NCBI GenBank assembly: GCA_037447605.1
Contig: CM074822.1
Span: 1,449,492 to 1,513,491 of the forward strand
Reading direction: 5' to 3'
DNA: 64,000 nucleotides
Origin: Zygnema circumcarinatum SAG 698-1b
Lineage: Eukaryota > Plantae > Zygnematophyceae
Below are positions 53,887-64,000 of this stretch, piece by piece (the first letter of the stretch is position 1; each line of letters starts with the position of its first letter). Below the pieces are notes generated by a model. It saw nothing but the letters and a program-made list of their open reading frames with translations, did not search any database and was not told where the DNA came from. The position numbers were made by a program, and so were the translations under genes.

Positions 53887-56800
53887 CTCCACTCCACCTC
53901 CAAGCCCTCCCCCTCCCACTCCACCTCCAAGCCCCCCGCCTCCGACTCCACCTCCAACCCACCCCACCCCCACCCGACTCCACCTCCAAGCCCTCCCCCG
54001 CCGACCCCACCACCAAGCCCTCCCCCTCCCACTCCACCTCCAAGCCCCACTCCACCTCCAAGCCCTCCCCCTCCGACTCCACCTCCAAGTCCTCCCCCTC
54101 CCACTCCACCTCCAAGCCCTCCCCCTCCCACTCCACCTCCAAGCCCACCCCCTCCGACTCCACCTCCAAGCCCTCCCCCTCCCACTCCACCTCCAAGCCC
54201 TCCCCCGCCGACCCCACCACCAAGTCCTCCCCCTCCCACTCCACCTCCAAGCCCTCCCCCTCCCACTCCACCTCCAAGCCCCCCGCCCCCTCCGACTCCA
54301 CCTCCAAGCCCTCCCCCTCCCACTCCACCACCAAACCCCCCGCCTCCAACTCCACCTCCAAGCCCACCCCCACCGACTCCACCTCCAAGCCCTCCCCCGC
54401 CGAACCCACCACCAAGTCTTCCCCCTCCCACTCCGCCTCCAAGCCCTCCCCCTCCCACTCCTCCTCCAAGCCCTCCCCCTCCCATTCCACCACCAGGCCC
54501 ACCCCCACCGACTCCACCTCCAAGCCCACCCCCACCGACTCCACCTCCAAGCCCTCCCCCTCCGACTCCACCTCCAAGCCCTCCCCCTCCCACTCCACCT
54601 CCAAGCCCTCCCCCTCCCACTCCACCTCCAAGCCCTCCCCCTCCGACTCCCCTCCCCCCCCCGACTCCACCTCCAAGCCCTCCCCCTCCCACTCCACCTC
54701 CAAGCCCTCCCCCGCCGACCCCACCACCAAGTCCTCCCCCTCCCACTCCGCCTCCAAGCCCACCGCCTCCGACTCCACCTCCAAGCCCTCCCCCTCCAAC
54801 TCCATCTCCAAGCCCACCCCCACCGACTCGACCTCCAAGCCCTCCTCCGCCGACCCCACCACCAAGTCTTCCCCCTCCGACTCCACCACCAAGCTCTCCC
54901 CCTCCGGCTCCACCACCAAGCCCTCCCTCTCAGACTCCACCTCCAAGCCCCCCCCCTCGGACTCCACCACCAAGCTCTCCCCCTCCGGCTCCACCTCCAA
55001 GCCCTCCACCTTCGAGTCCACCTCCGTGGTCTCCCCCTCCGATTCCACCTCCAAGGCCTCCCCCTCCTTCTCCGCCACCAAAGGCACCCCCGCCGACTCC
55101 ACCCCCAAGCCCTCCCGCTCCGCCTCCACCAGGCAGCTCCGTGCAAACTATCAACAGTGGAGACAGTGAGGCTCCTCGTCCCGCCCCGCCCGCCCTTTGC
55201 AGCGCTGCTCAGAGCCGGGCAGAGTCGGGCGACTCGCTCGTCGAGCCATGTGCTTGCAGATTGTCGTAAAATATGAAAAGCAACCATCTGTTCTCTTCAA
55301 TGAAGGCTTCCATGGAAGGGGAAAAGCTGAAATTTCTTTTTTTTCCCATTGTTAGATTCGAAGCTGAGCTCGATCCCAATCCTGCATCTGCCCGCGTTTT
55401 TTGGCGCAGGGGATGCTCTTCTCGCTGTCAAGGCGGCATTCAATGACGTGTCACAACTCAAACTCACCTCCTGGAGTGCGAATAACGGCGATTGCAGCAC
55501 CTGGGAAAGGATCAGATGTGATGGATCGCCATTCGGCCGCGTTCAGAACCTGTGAGCTACGTTTTGACTGATCACCGCTTTTTATTTTGGAGGGCAAGGG
55601 CACCACGGAGTCCATAGCTGCTGAACTGCAGCACGAGGCTGATGGTTCTGCGGGAAGAAGCCTTCTCAGAAAGCGGCCTAAAATGGGCCGCCGGAGCAGA
55701 GGAGCTCAGTAGAATAAGCTTCCTTCTCCTACCCGATCCCTTATTTTCTGACGCTTTCACTGGTAACCTGCTATGTGCAGAGATCTAGAAGGCTACGGAC
55801 TTGGAGGGTTCATTTCACCTGCCATCGGTAACTTGACAATGTTGGGAGGCTTGTGAGTGGCTCCATTCCATACGGATGCGTTAGATGCTTGTTTTCGAGT
55901 TCACAGTAATGGGGAGGGCTCAGATCTGGGTGATGTGCTACGGGATTTAACTCAATTTCTACAGGCAACATTGTGAATTTGTAGACCTTGTCAGTTTTTT
56001 CCCCTTGAAATCTACAATGCAAGTGATATAGTTCCTAGATAGAGAAATGAAAGTTCAAGTTGTTCTCTTACTTGAAATGGAAGTGCAAAAAAAATCAATG
56101 CAGCTTTCAAATAAGTGAGCCTGTCAATGCATGCTCGCGGTCCTAGCTCGGCTGCATATGCACACCGTTAAAGTTCAGGATGTCACATCCCGCGGACGGA
56201 CACACTGCAGTTGCTCGACTCTGTTCCTCGGCATTCATTTGAGCATCCTTTTCAAATGAGTTCCGCTTCTTGCTGCAAGCATCGGCCAATCTCGTGAAGC
56301 CTGGTTTTTTTCGCAGATATTTGTCTAGAAATTCCCTTTCCGGCTCCATCCCGGATTCTATTGGAAACCTGACGAATCTCTCAATCTTGTAAGGTTCTTC
56401 TTTCCTTAGTTGAAGAAGTGTAAAAAATGAATTCACCTTTCAGAAAAGTTGTGCTGCAAATGCATGCTCGCGTCCTAGCTCGGCTGCACATGCACACGCT
56501 TTATAGTTCAGGAAGTCACGTACCGTGGAAAGACGTACTGCAGTCGCTCGACTTTGTCCCTCGGCATTCACTTGAGCATTCTTTGCATATGAGTTCCGTA
56601 ACTTGCTGCAAACATCGGCCAAACTCGTGAAGATTTTTTTTTTTTTGCAGAAAATTGGATCGTAATTCCCTATCGGGCTCTCTCCCGTATTCTATCGGCA
56701 ACCTTGCGAATCTGGCACTCTTGTAAGTCTCTGAAAGTGTTGAAAACGAACGTAATTCTTACAGAAGTGGGCCTGCGAATGTTCGCGTCCTAGCTTGGCT

Positions 56801-59800
56801 GCACATGCAATCCCTTACAGTTCAGACTGTCACGTCACGTGTGAGCGGACGGACGTGTTTGCTCGACTTTGTTCCTTGAGCATTCTCCCCACATGAGTTT
56901 CGCTTTTGCTGCAAACATCGGCCACACTCGTGAAGCCTTGTTTTTTTATTTTTGCAGATGGTTGTTTTCTAATTCCCTATCGGGCTCTATCCCGGATTCT
57001 ATCGGCCGCCTGACGAATCTGCAAGACTTGTAAGGTTTTTCTTTCCATAGTTGAAAAATTAATTGTACCAAAATAATTCACCTTTCAGAGAAGTGAGGCT
57101 GCAAATGCATGCTCGTGTCCTAGCTCGGCTGCACATGCACAGCCTCAAAAGTTTAGGATATCACGTCCCGTGTACGCGAACGCACGTGTTGACGAAGTTG
57201 TTCGATTGTGTAGTTCGGCATGCCCTTGAGCATTCTCCGCACATGAGTTCACCGTTTGTTGCAAACGTCGGCCACACTCTTGAAGCCTCGTTTTTTATTT
57301 TGCAGGCTCTTGTATTCTAATTCCCTATCGGGCACTATCCCGGATTCTATTGGCAACCTTACGAAACTGCCACGCTTGTACGTATTTTTTTCTCTTATTT
57401 GAAAAAAGAAAGTGTAGAAAAGCAATGAAGGTTTTCGAGGAGAAGGGCCAGTGTATGCTCGCGTCATAGCTCGGCTGCACATGCACACGCTTGAGGTTCA
57501 GGATGTCACATCACGTGTACGCGGTCGCAGACTTGTGAGAGTTGCTCGATTGTGCGCTTCAGCATACTCCCCACATGATTTTCGCTTTTTGTTCAGACAT
57601 CGGCCAAACTCGTGAAGCCTCGACTTTTTTGCAGATACTTGGATTCCAATTCCCTGTCGGGCTCTATCCCGGACTCTATCGGGAACCTTAAGAATCTGGG
57701 ACAGTTGTGAGTTTTTTATTTGAAAAATTAAAGTGTGAAAAGGAAATGCAATTTTTATAGAAGTGGGGCTGCAAATGCATGCTTGTGTCCTAGCTCGGCT
57801 GCACATGCACACGCTGCATAGTTCAGGACGTCACATCACGCGTACGTGGACAGACGTGTTAGATTTGCTCGATGATGTTCTTCGGCAGGCACTTCAGCAA
57901 ACTCCCCACATGAGTTTCGTTTTATGTTCAAACATTGGCCACACTCGTGAAGCCTCGTCGTCGTTTTTGCAGATACTTGCGAGCGAATTCCCTGTCGGGC
58001 TCTATCCCGGACTCTATCGGCAACCTTACGAATCTGGGGCAGTTGTAAGTATCTTTTTCTCATAAATTGGAAAACGCTGTGGATAAAATCAACCCTTATT
58101 TTAAAGAAGTGGGCTAAAAGCAAAAAATGCTGTTTATGAATATTTTGCCAATGCATGCTCGGCTGCACATGCAAACGCTTGAAGTTCAAGAAGTCACATC
58201 ATGTGAACGCGGATGGACATGTTCGAGGTGTTCGATTGTGTTCTTCGGCATGCACTGGTGCATTCTCCCCCACATCTGTCTCGTTTTGTGTTGCATACAT
58301 CGGCCAACCTCTTGAAACCTCGATTTTTTTCGCAGAATGTTGAATTCAAATAACCTGTCGGGCACTATCCCGGGTTCTATCGGCAACCTTATGAATCTGG
58401 GTTACCTGTAAGTAATTTCTCCACTTAGTTGAATAAGAGAGTGTAAAAGACCAATGCAACTTTTTGAGTAGTTGGGTTGCAAATGCACCGCGTCCTAGAT
58501 CGGCCGCACATGCACTCGCCCGAAGTTGAGGATGTCATGTCCCGTGTACGCGGACGGACAGATTGCAGTTGTTCGGCATTCACTTGAGGATCCTTTCCTC
58601 ATGATTTCCGCTACTTGCTGCAAACATCGGCCAATCTCGTGAAACCTGGTCTTGTTTGCAGAGACTTGTCGTACAATTCCCTATCGGGCTCTATCCCGGA
58701 TTCTATCGGCAACCTTAGCAATCTGATCCACTTGTAAGTACTTTTATTCCAATGCATCTTTTAGAGAAGTGGAGCTGCAAATGCATGCTCGCATCCTAGC
58801 TCGGCTGTTTATGCACACGCTTAAAATTCAAGAAATTTTGTGAAAAATGCGTCTTAGAACTCGTATAGACAAAACATTATCTTTTTGATGCATCTGCACA
58901 ACAATTGTTTGGAGATCCACGATCCAAATAGTTATTTTTTGTCTCCTTATTTAAAAAAAGTACAGAAGGTGGACCTGCATGTCTTGTTTGTTGCGTGAAC
59001 TCTTTTCCGTGATCGGGACCACCCTTTATCCTTTTCTTTAAACTTATTTCCTTGTGTCTACAGGACTTTGCAAAGTAACAAATTGGAGGGGAGAGTGCCC
59101 GGCTCCTTCAGTAAACTTACCATTATGACGAAATTGTGAGATCCGCTGCATTGATAAAGTTGTAGTTGTGGTTTCATTTTTTTGTTTAGTTGCTTGTACC
59201 TCTCAATCTGTCACATTTAATTTTGCAATTGCAGTAGAATTGAGTTAAGATGTTTTTTTGTCACTTGGTGTTATTTAAGCACAATGATACGCAATTCTGC
59301 AATCAAAAGATTGGACTCAATTTTTCAGGTTTAATCTGTAGAGACTACGGGGTCGGGTTTACGATTGTGGTTCTTTTAGTTTGAAGGGTTTAGGGGCTAA
59401 TGCCGATAAGGGTTCAGAAAATCTGGGCGTTTAGGTAGTTCAGAGTCTACAGGATTGAAGGTTAAGTGTTCAATGGGCTTAGAGATGTAGGCGTTTTGGG
59501 GTTTGAGATTCGAAAACTGAAGGTGGGAGGGTTGAATATGGAGAATACGGAAAATGTGCACAATAGGATGGTCGTAATGGATGTCACCACACGGAAGAAG
59601 TTGGGAGGCTCCTCTCTCTCTAACGCGCCACCCTTAATGCCATCAGGTATTTAACCTCCAACAAGTTGACAGGCTCCATTTACCTTGGGAGGAGTACTAC
59701 TGACCTCAATTTCGAATACAACTACTTCTCTGGGCCATTCTACGCGGAGGGGGTTCCCATTTGCCCTAGCCATTATGCATCAAACTGCATTTTTCGAAGT

Positions 59801-62800
59801 GACACATTCTGCCCAGGCCTATATCAGAAATCGCTGCAAGAGTGTGCGTCCTTTTGCCACAGCGATGTTTCCGATGGAGCGTGCGGGGGGCATGGCACAT
59901 GCGGGTACGACTCACAAACGTGCACGTGTGACGCCGGATATACGCTAACATCTGGCACATGTATGCTGCCCGGTCCACCTCCAAGCCCTCCCCGTCCGCC
60001 TCCACCTCCACCTCCGAGACCTCCCCCTCCGACTCCACCTCCAAGCCCTCCCCCTCCAACTCCACCTCCAAGCCCACCGCCTCCGACTCCACCTCCAAAC
60101 CCACCCCCACCGACCCCACCACCAAGTCCACCCCCTCCCACTCCACCTCCAAGCTCTCCCCCTCCGATTCCACCTCCAAGCCCACCCCCACCGACTCCAC
60201 CTCCAAGCCCTCCCCCTCCCACTCCACCTCCAAGCCCTCCCCCTCCAACCCCCCACCGCCTCCCCCTGGTCTCCCCCTCCTCCACCTCCAAGCCCTCCCC
60301 CTCCGACTCCACCTCCAAGCCCTCCCCCTCCGACTCCACCACCAAGTCCTCCCCCTCCCACTCCACCTCCAAGCCCTCCCCCTCCCACTCCACCTCCAAG
60401 CCCACCGCCTCCTACTCCACCTCCAAGCCCTCCCCCTCCGACTCCACCTCCAAGCCCTCCCCCTCCAACTCCACCTCCAAGCCCACCCCCTCCTACACCG
60501 CCTCCATCTTCGCCTCCTCCCACACCGCCTCCATCTTCACCTCCTCCCACACCATCTCCATCTTCACCTCCTCCCACACCCCCTCCAACTTCGCCTCCAC
60601 CCACACCACCTCCATTTCGGCCTCCTCCCACACCACCTCCACCTTCGCCTCCTCCCACACCGCCTCAATCTTCGCCTCCTCCCACATCTTCGCCTCCTCC
60701 CACACCGCCTCCATCTCACCGCCTCCTCCCACACCACCTCCATCTCGGCCTCCTCCCACCCCGCCTCCATCTTCGCCTCCTCCCACACCGCCTCCATCTC
60801 GGCCTCTTCCCACACGCCTCCATCTTCTTCTCCTCCCACCGCCTCCATCTTCGCCTCCTCCCACACCGCCTCCATCTTCGCCTCCTCCCACACCGCCTCC
60901 ATCTTCGCCTCCTCCCACACCGCCTCCATCTTCGCCTCCTCCCACACCACCTCCATCTCGGCCTCCTCCCACATGCCTCCATCTTCCTCCTCCCACACCG
61001 CCTCCATCTCCTCCCACACCGCCTCCCTCCTCCCACACCGCCTCCATCTTCGCCTCCTCCCACACCACCTCCATCTCGGCCTCCTCCCACACAGCCTCCA
61101 TCTTCGCCTCCTCCCACACCGCCTCCATCTTCGCCTCCTCCCACACCACCTCCATCTCGGCCTCCTCCCACACCACCTCCATCTTCGCCTCCTCCCACAC
61201 CGCCTCCATCTCGGCCTCCTCCCACACCGCCTCCATCTTCGCCTCCTCCCACACTTCCTCCTTCGTCGTCTCCTCCCACATCGCCTCCATCTTCGCCTCG
61301 TCCAACACTGCCTCCATCTTCGCCTCCTACCACACCACCTCCATCTCGGCCTCCTCCCACACCGCCTCCATCTTCGCCTCCTCCCACACCGCCTCCATCT
61401 CGGCCTCTTCCCACACTGCCTCCATCTTCGTCTCCTCCCACATCGCCTCCATCTTCGCCTCCTCCAACACCGCCTCCATCTTCGCCTCCTCCCACACCAC
61501 CTCCATCTCGGCCTCCTCCCTCACTGCCTCCATCTTCTTCTCCTCCCACATCGCCTTCATCTTCGCCCCCTCCCACACCGCCTCCATCTCGGCCTCATCC
61601 CATACCGCCTCCATCTTCGCCTCCTCCCACACCTTCTCCATCTCAGCCTCCTCCCACACCGCCTCCATCTCGGCCTCCTCCCACACCGCCTCCATCTTCG
61701 CCTCCTCCCACACCGCCTCCATCTTCGCCTCCTCCCACACCACCTCCATCTTCGCCTCCTCCCACACCGCCTCCATCTCGGCCTCCTCCCACACCACCTC
61801 CATCTTCGCCTCCTCCCACACCGCCTCCATCTCGGCCTCCTCCCACACCGCCTTCATCTTCGCCTCCTCCCGCACTTCCTCCATCATCTTCGCCTCCCTC
61901 CCTCCACCGCCTCCATCTTCGCCTCCTCCCACACCGCCTCCATCTCGGCCTCCTCCCACACCGCCTCCATCTTCGCCTCCTCCCACACCGCCTCCATCTT
62001 CGCCTCCTCCCGCCCCATCTCGGCCTCCTCCCACCGCCTCCATCTTCGCCTCCTCCCACACCGCCTCCATCTTCGCCTCCTCCCACACCGCCTCCATCTT
62101 CGCCTCCTCCCACACCGCCTCCATCTTCGCCTCCTCCCACACCGCCTCCATCTCGCCTCCTCCCACACCGCCTCCATCTTCGCCTCCTCCCACACCGCCT
62201 CCATCTTCGTCACCTCCCTCACCGCCTCAATCTCGGCCACCTCCCACACCTCCTCCATCACGGCCTCTTCCCACACCGCCCACATCTTTGCCTCCTCCCA
62301 CACCGCCTCCATCTCAGCCACCTCCCACACCGCCTCCATCTTCGCCTCCTCCCACACCGCCTCCATCTCGGCCTCCTCCCACACCGCCTCCATCTTCGCC
62401 TCCTCCCACACCGCCTCCATCTTCGCCTCCTCCCACACCGCCTCCATCTTCGCCTCCTCCCACACCGCCTCCATCTTCGCCTCCTCCCACACCGCCTCCA
62501 TCTTCGCCTCCTCCCACACCACCTCCATCTCGGCCTCCTCCCACACCGCCTCCATCTTCGCCTCCTCCCACACCGCCTCCATCTCGGCCTCCTCCCACAC
62601 TGCCTCCATCTTCTTCTCCTCCCACATCGCCTCCATCTTCGCCTCCTCCCACACCGCCTCCATCTTCGCCTCCTCCCACACCGCCTCCATCTCGGCCTCC
62701 TCCCACACCGCCTCCATCTTCGCCTCCTCCCACACCGCCCATCTCGGCCTCCTCCCACACCACCTCCATCTCGGCCTCCTCCCACACTGCCTCCATCTTC

Positions 62801-63951
62801 TCCTCCTCCCACATCGCCTCCATCTTCACCGCCTCCATCTCGGCCTCCTCCCACACCGCCTCCATCTTCGCCTCCTCCCACACCGCCTCCATCTTCGCCT
62901 CCTCCCACACCGCCTCCATCTCGGCCTCCTCCCACACCGCCTCCATCTTCGCCTCCTCCCACACCACCTCCATCTCGGCCTCCTCCCACACCGCCTCCAT
63001 CTTCGCCTCCTCCCACACCGCCTCCATCTTCGCCTCCTCCCACACTGCCTCCATCTCGCCCTCCTCTCACTCCTTCTCCAAGCCCTCCCCCTCCCACTCC
63101 ACCTCCAAGCCCTCCCCCTCCCACTCCACCTCCAAGCCCTCCCCCTCCCACTCCACCTCCAAGCCCTCCTCTTTCGACTCCATCTCCAAGCCCTCCGGCT
63201 GCATTTCCAACTTTCCCCCCGCGGTCTCCCCCAGCAAGCCCTCCACTTCCACCTCCTCGTTCATCCCCATCAAGTCCCCCTCCGTTTCCTCCACAATCGC
63301 CCCATCCCCGTCCTCCTCCCCGCCCGCCCCGTCCTCCTCCGCCTCCTCGTTCTCCTCCCCGTCCTCCTCCCTTCCCGCCCCGTCCTCCTCCGCCTCCCCG
63401 TTCTCCTCCCCGTCCTCCTCCCCGCCCGCCCCGTCCTCCTCCGCCTCCCCGTTCTCCTCCCCGTCCTCCTCCCCGCCCGCCCCGTCCTCCTCCGCCTCCC
63501 CGTTCTCCTCCCCGCCCTCCTCCCTCTCCGCCTCCACCACCGCCCGCTCCCCCTTCTCCTCCGTCTCCGCCTCCACCTCCTCCTAGTACGTACCAGGATT
63601 TGCAGGATAGTGGAGATAGTGGATCTGTTGCTTGAGATGCTCTAGTCAGTCAACAGAGTGTCTAATTTTTTCGTATGTTATGTGATTGGCACGATCTTGC
63701 AGCTGCGGAGCTGGCATCATTTTGGAGAATCGACGCACTCAATATGAGGGCAGTGAGCCTACTTTTATCTCAAAGAACGACAGCAGATATTTGTGCGACG
63801 TCGTGTTTGGCGAATCCCAAATGTATCGCGTTTGTTTTTACGAGAGTGTCAAATATGACGATCGTTGGAAATTGCACATTCATAGGACTTCCTGTGAAAT
63901 TTTACGTTTCAAGCTCTCAACTGACAAGTATTTTTGTCCGGGATGTATTTG
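53887..63951 (+). CDS. Chimeric extensin-like LRR protein: Pro-rich - LRRNT - 11 plant-type LRRs - Cys-rich/EGF-like - long Pro-rich rod - PAN/apple. Exons 53887-55165, 55410-55551, 55781-55852, 56317-56388, 56651-56722, 56958-57029, 57306-57377, 57635-57706, 57973-58044, 58336-58407, 58662-58733, 59064-59135, 59647-63585, 63703-63951. Start lies in or before the gap; the gene continues past the window.
   Basis: GD|RDALLAVKAAFNDVSQLKLTSWSANNGDCSTWERIRCDG (LRRNT). Ten 72-nt phase-2 exons of type LxLxxNxLSGSIPDSIGNLxNL. NYFSGP...NC...C...QKSLQECASFC...CGGHGTC...CTCDAGYTLTSGTC (LRR cap + EGF). All junctions GT-AG with consistent phase. The Pro-rich exons contain apparent frameshifts. Confidence 0.88.
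56090..58810 (+). repeat. Tandem array of eight ~307-363 bp units, each an LRR exon plus homologous intron
   Basis: Intron motifs gcaaatgcatgctcgcgtcctagctcggctgcacatgcac and gcaaacatcggcca.actcgtgaagcct recur before each exon. Confidence 0.93.
63703..63951 (+). CDS. PAN/apple-like domain exon (part of the LRR-extensin chimera)
   Basis: TAELASFWRIDALNMRAVSLLLSQRTTADICATSCLANPKCIAFVFTRVSNMTIVGNCTFIG...; C-x3-C-x5-C-xAF...C pattern; ttgcAG acceptor, 249 nt, phase 1-1. Confidence 0.75.
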
Positions 63952-64000
63952 GTGTGTATCACTCTATCTATATCAGTATTTTCATTTCCACTTTTCATTG

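Noticed and set aside
55924-55990. Possible additional degenerate LRR exon (gatttaactcaatttctacaggcaacattgtg...ctt|gtcagt)
   Set aside because: Stops in the required frame and not 72 nt; at most a decayed unit
56090-58810. CRISPR-like or minus-strand repeat protein (PIESGIVPDRE)
   Set aside because: Units are eukaryotic exon+intron duplications; the coding strand is + (LRR); no repeat-spacer structure or cas genes
53469-63576. Minus-strand Gly-rich and EEAKMEAVW-repeat ORFs
   Set aside because: Antisense of the Pro-rich exons; splice signals and domains are all on +

Overview
Eukaryotic, intron-rich, repeat-rich plant-lineage DNA in a draft assembly with two 100-N and many 10-N gaps. The gene content and repeat style suggest a large-genome streptophyte alga such as Chara; this is an inference. 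Almost all long ORFs in the supplied track are artefacts of C/T- or G/A-rich low-complexity tracts. The real genes appear only after splicing by hand. (1) 3' end of an ERD4/OSCA3-type CSC1 channel gene (+, 5.5-6.9 kb; last exon repeated across a gap). (2) A five-exon clade-E-like PP2C phosphatase (+, 12.3-16.6 kb). (3) A single-domain WRKY factor with an atypical C-X6-C-X23-HxH finger (-, 18.4-21.0 kb). (4) A modular gene on the minus strand (29.0-36.1 kb) of alternating F-type lectin (FTP) exons and Ser/Pro-rich linker exons, all symmetric phase 1-1. (5) A chimeric cell-wall-type gene (+, 53.9 kb to beyond the window): Pro-rich / LRRNT / 11 LRRs / Cys-rich+EGF / long extensin-like rod / PAN-apple. 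Eight of its 72-nt LRR exons sit in tandem exon+intron units. Intergenic DNA holds hAT-like non-autonomous elements (TAGGG termini), several foldback or nested inverted-repeat structures, a triplicated unit carrying an unidentified ORF, and a ~0.8 kb (GGGCA)n satellite. The two proline-rich lectin/LRR chimeric genes are the best candidates for an undescribed system.
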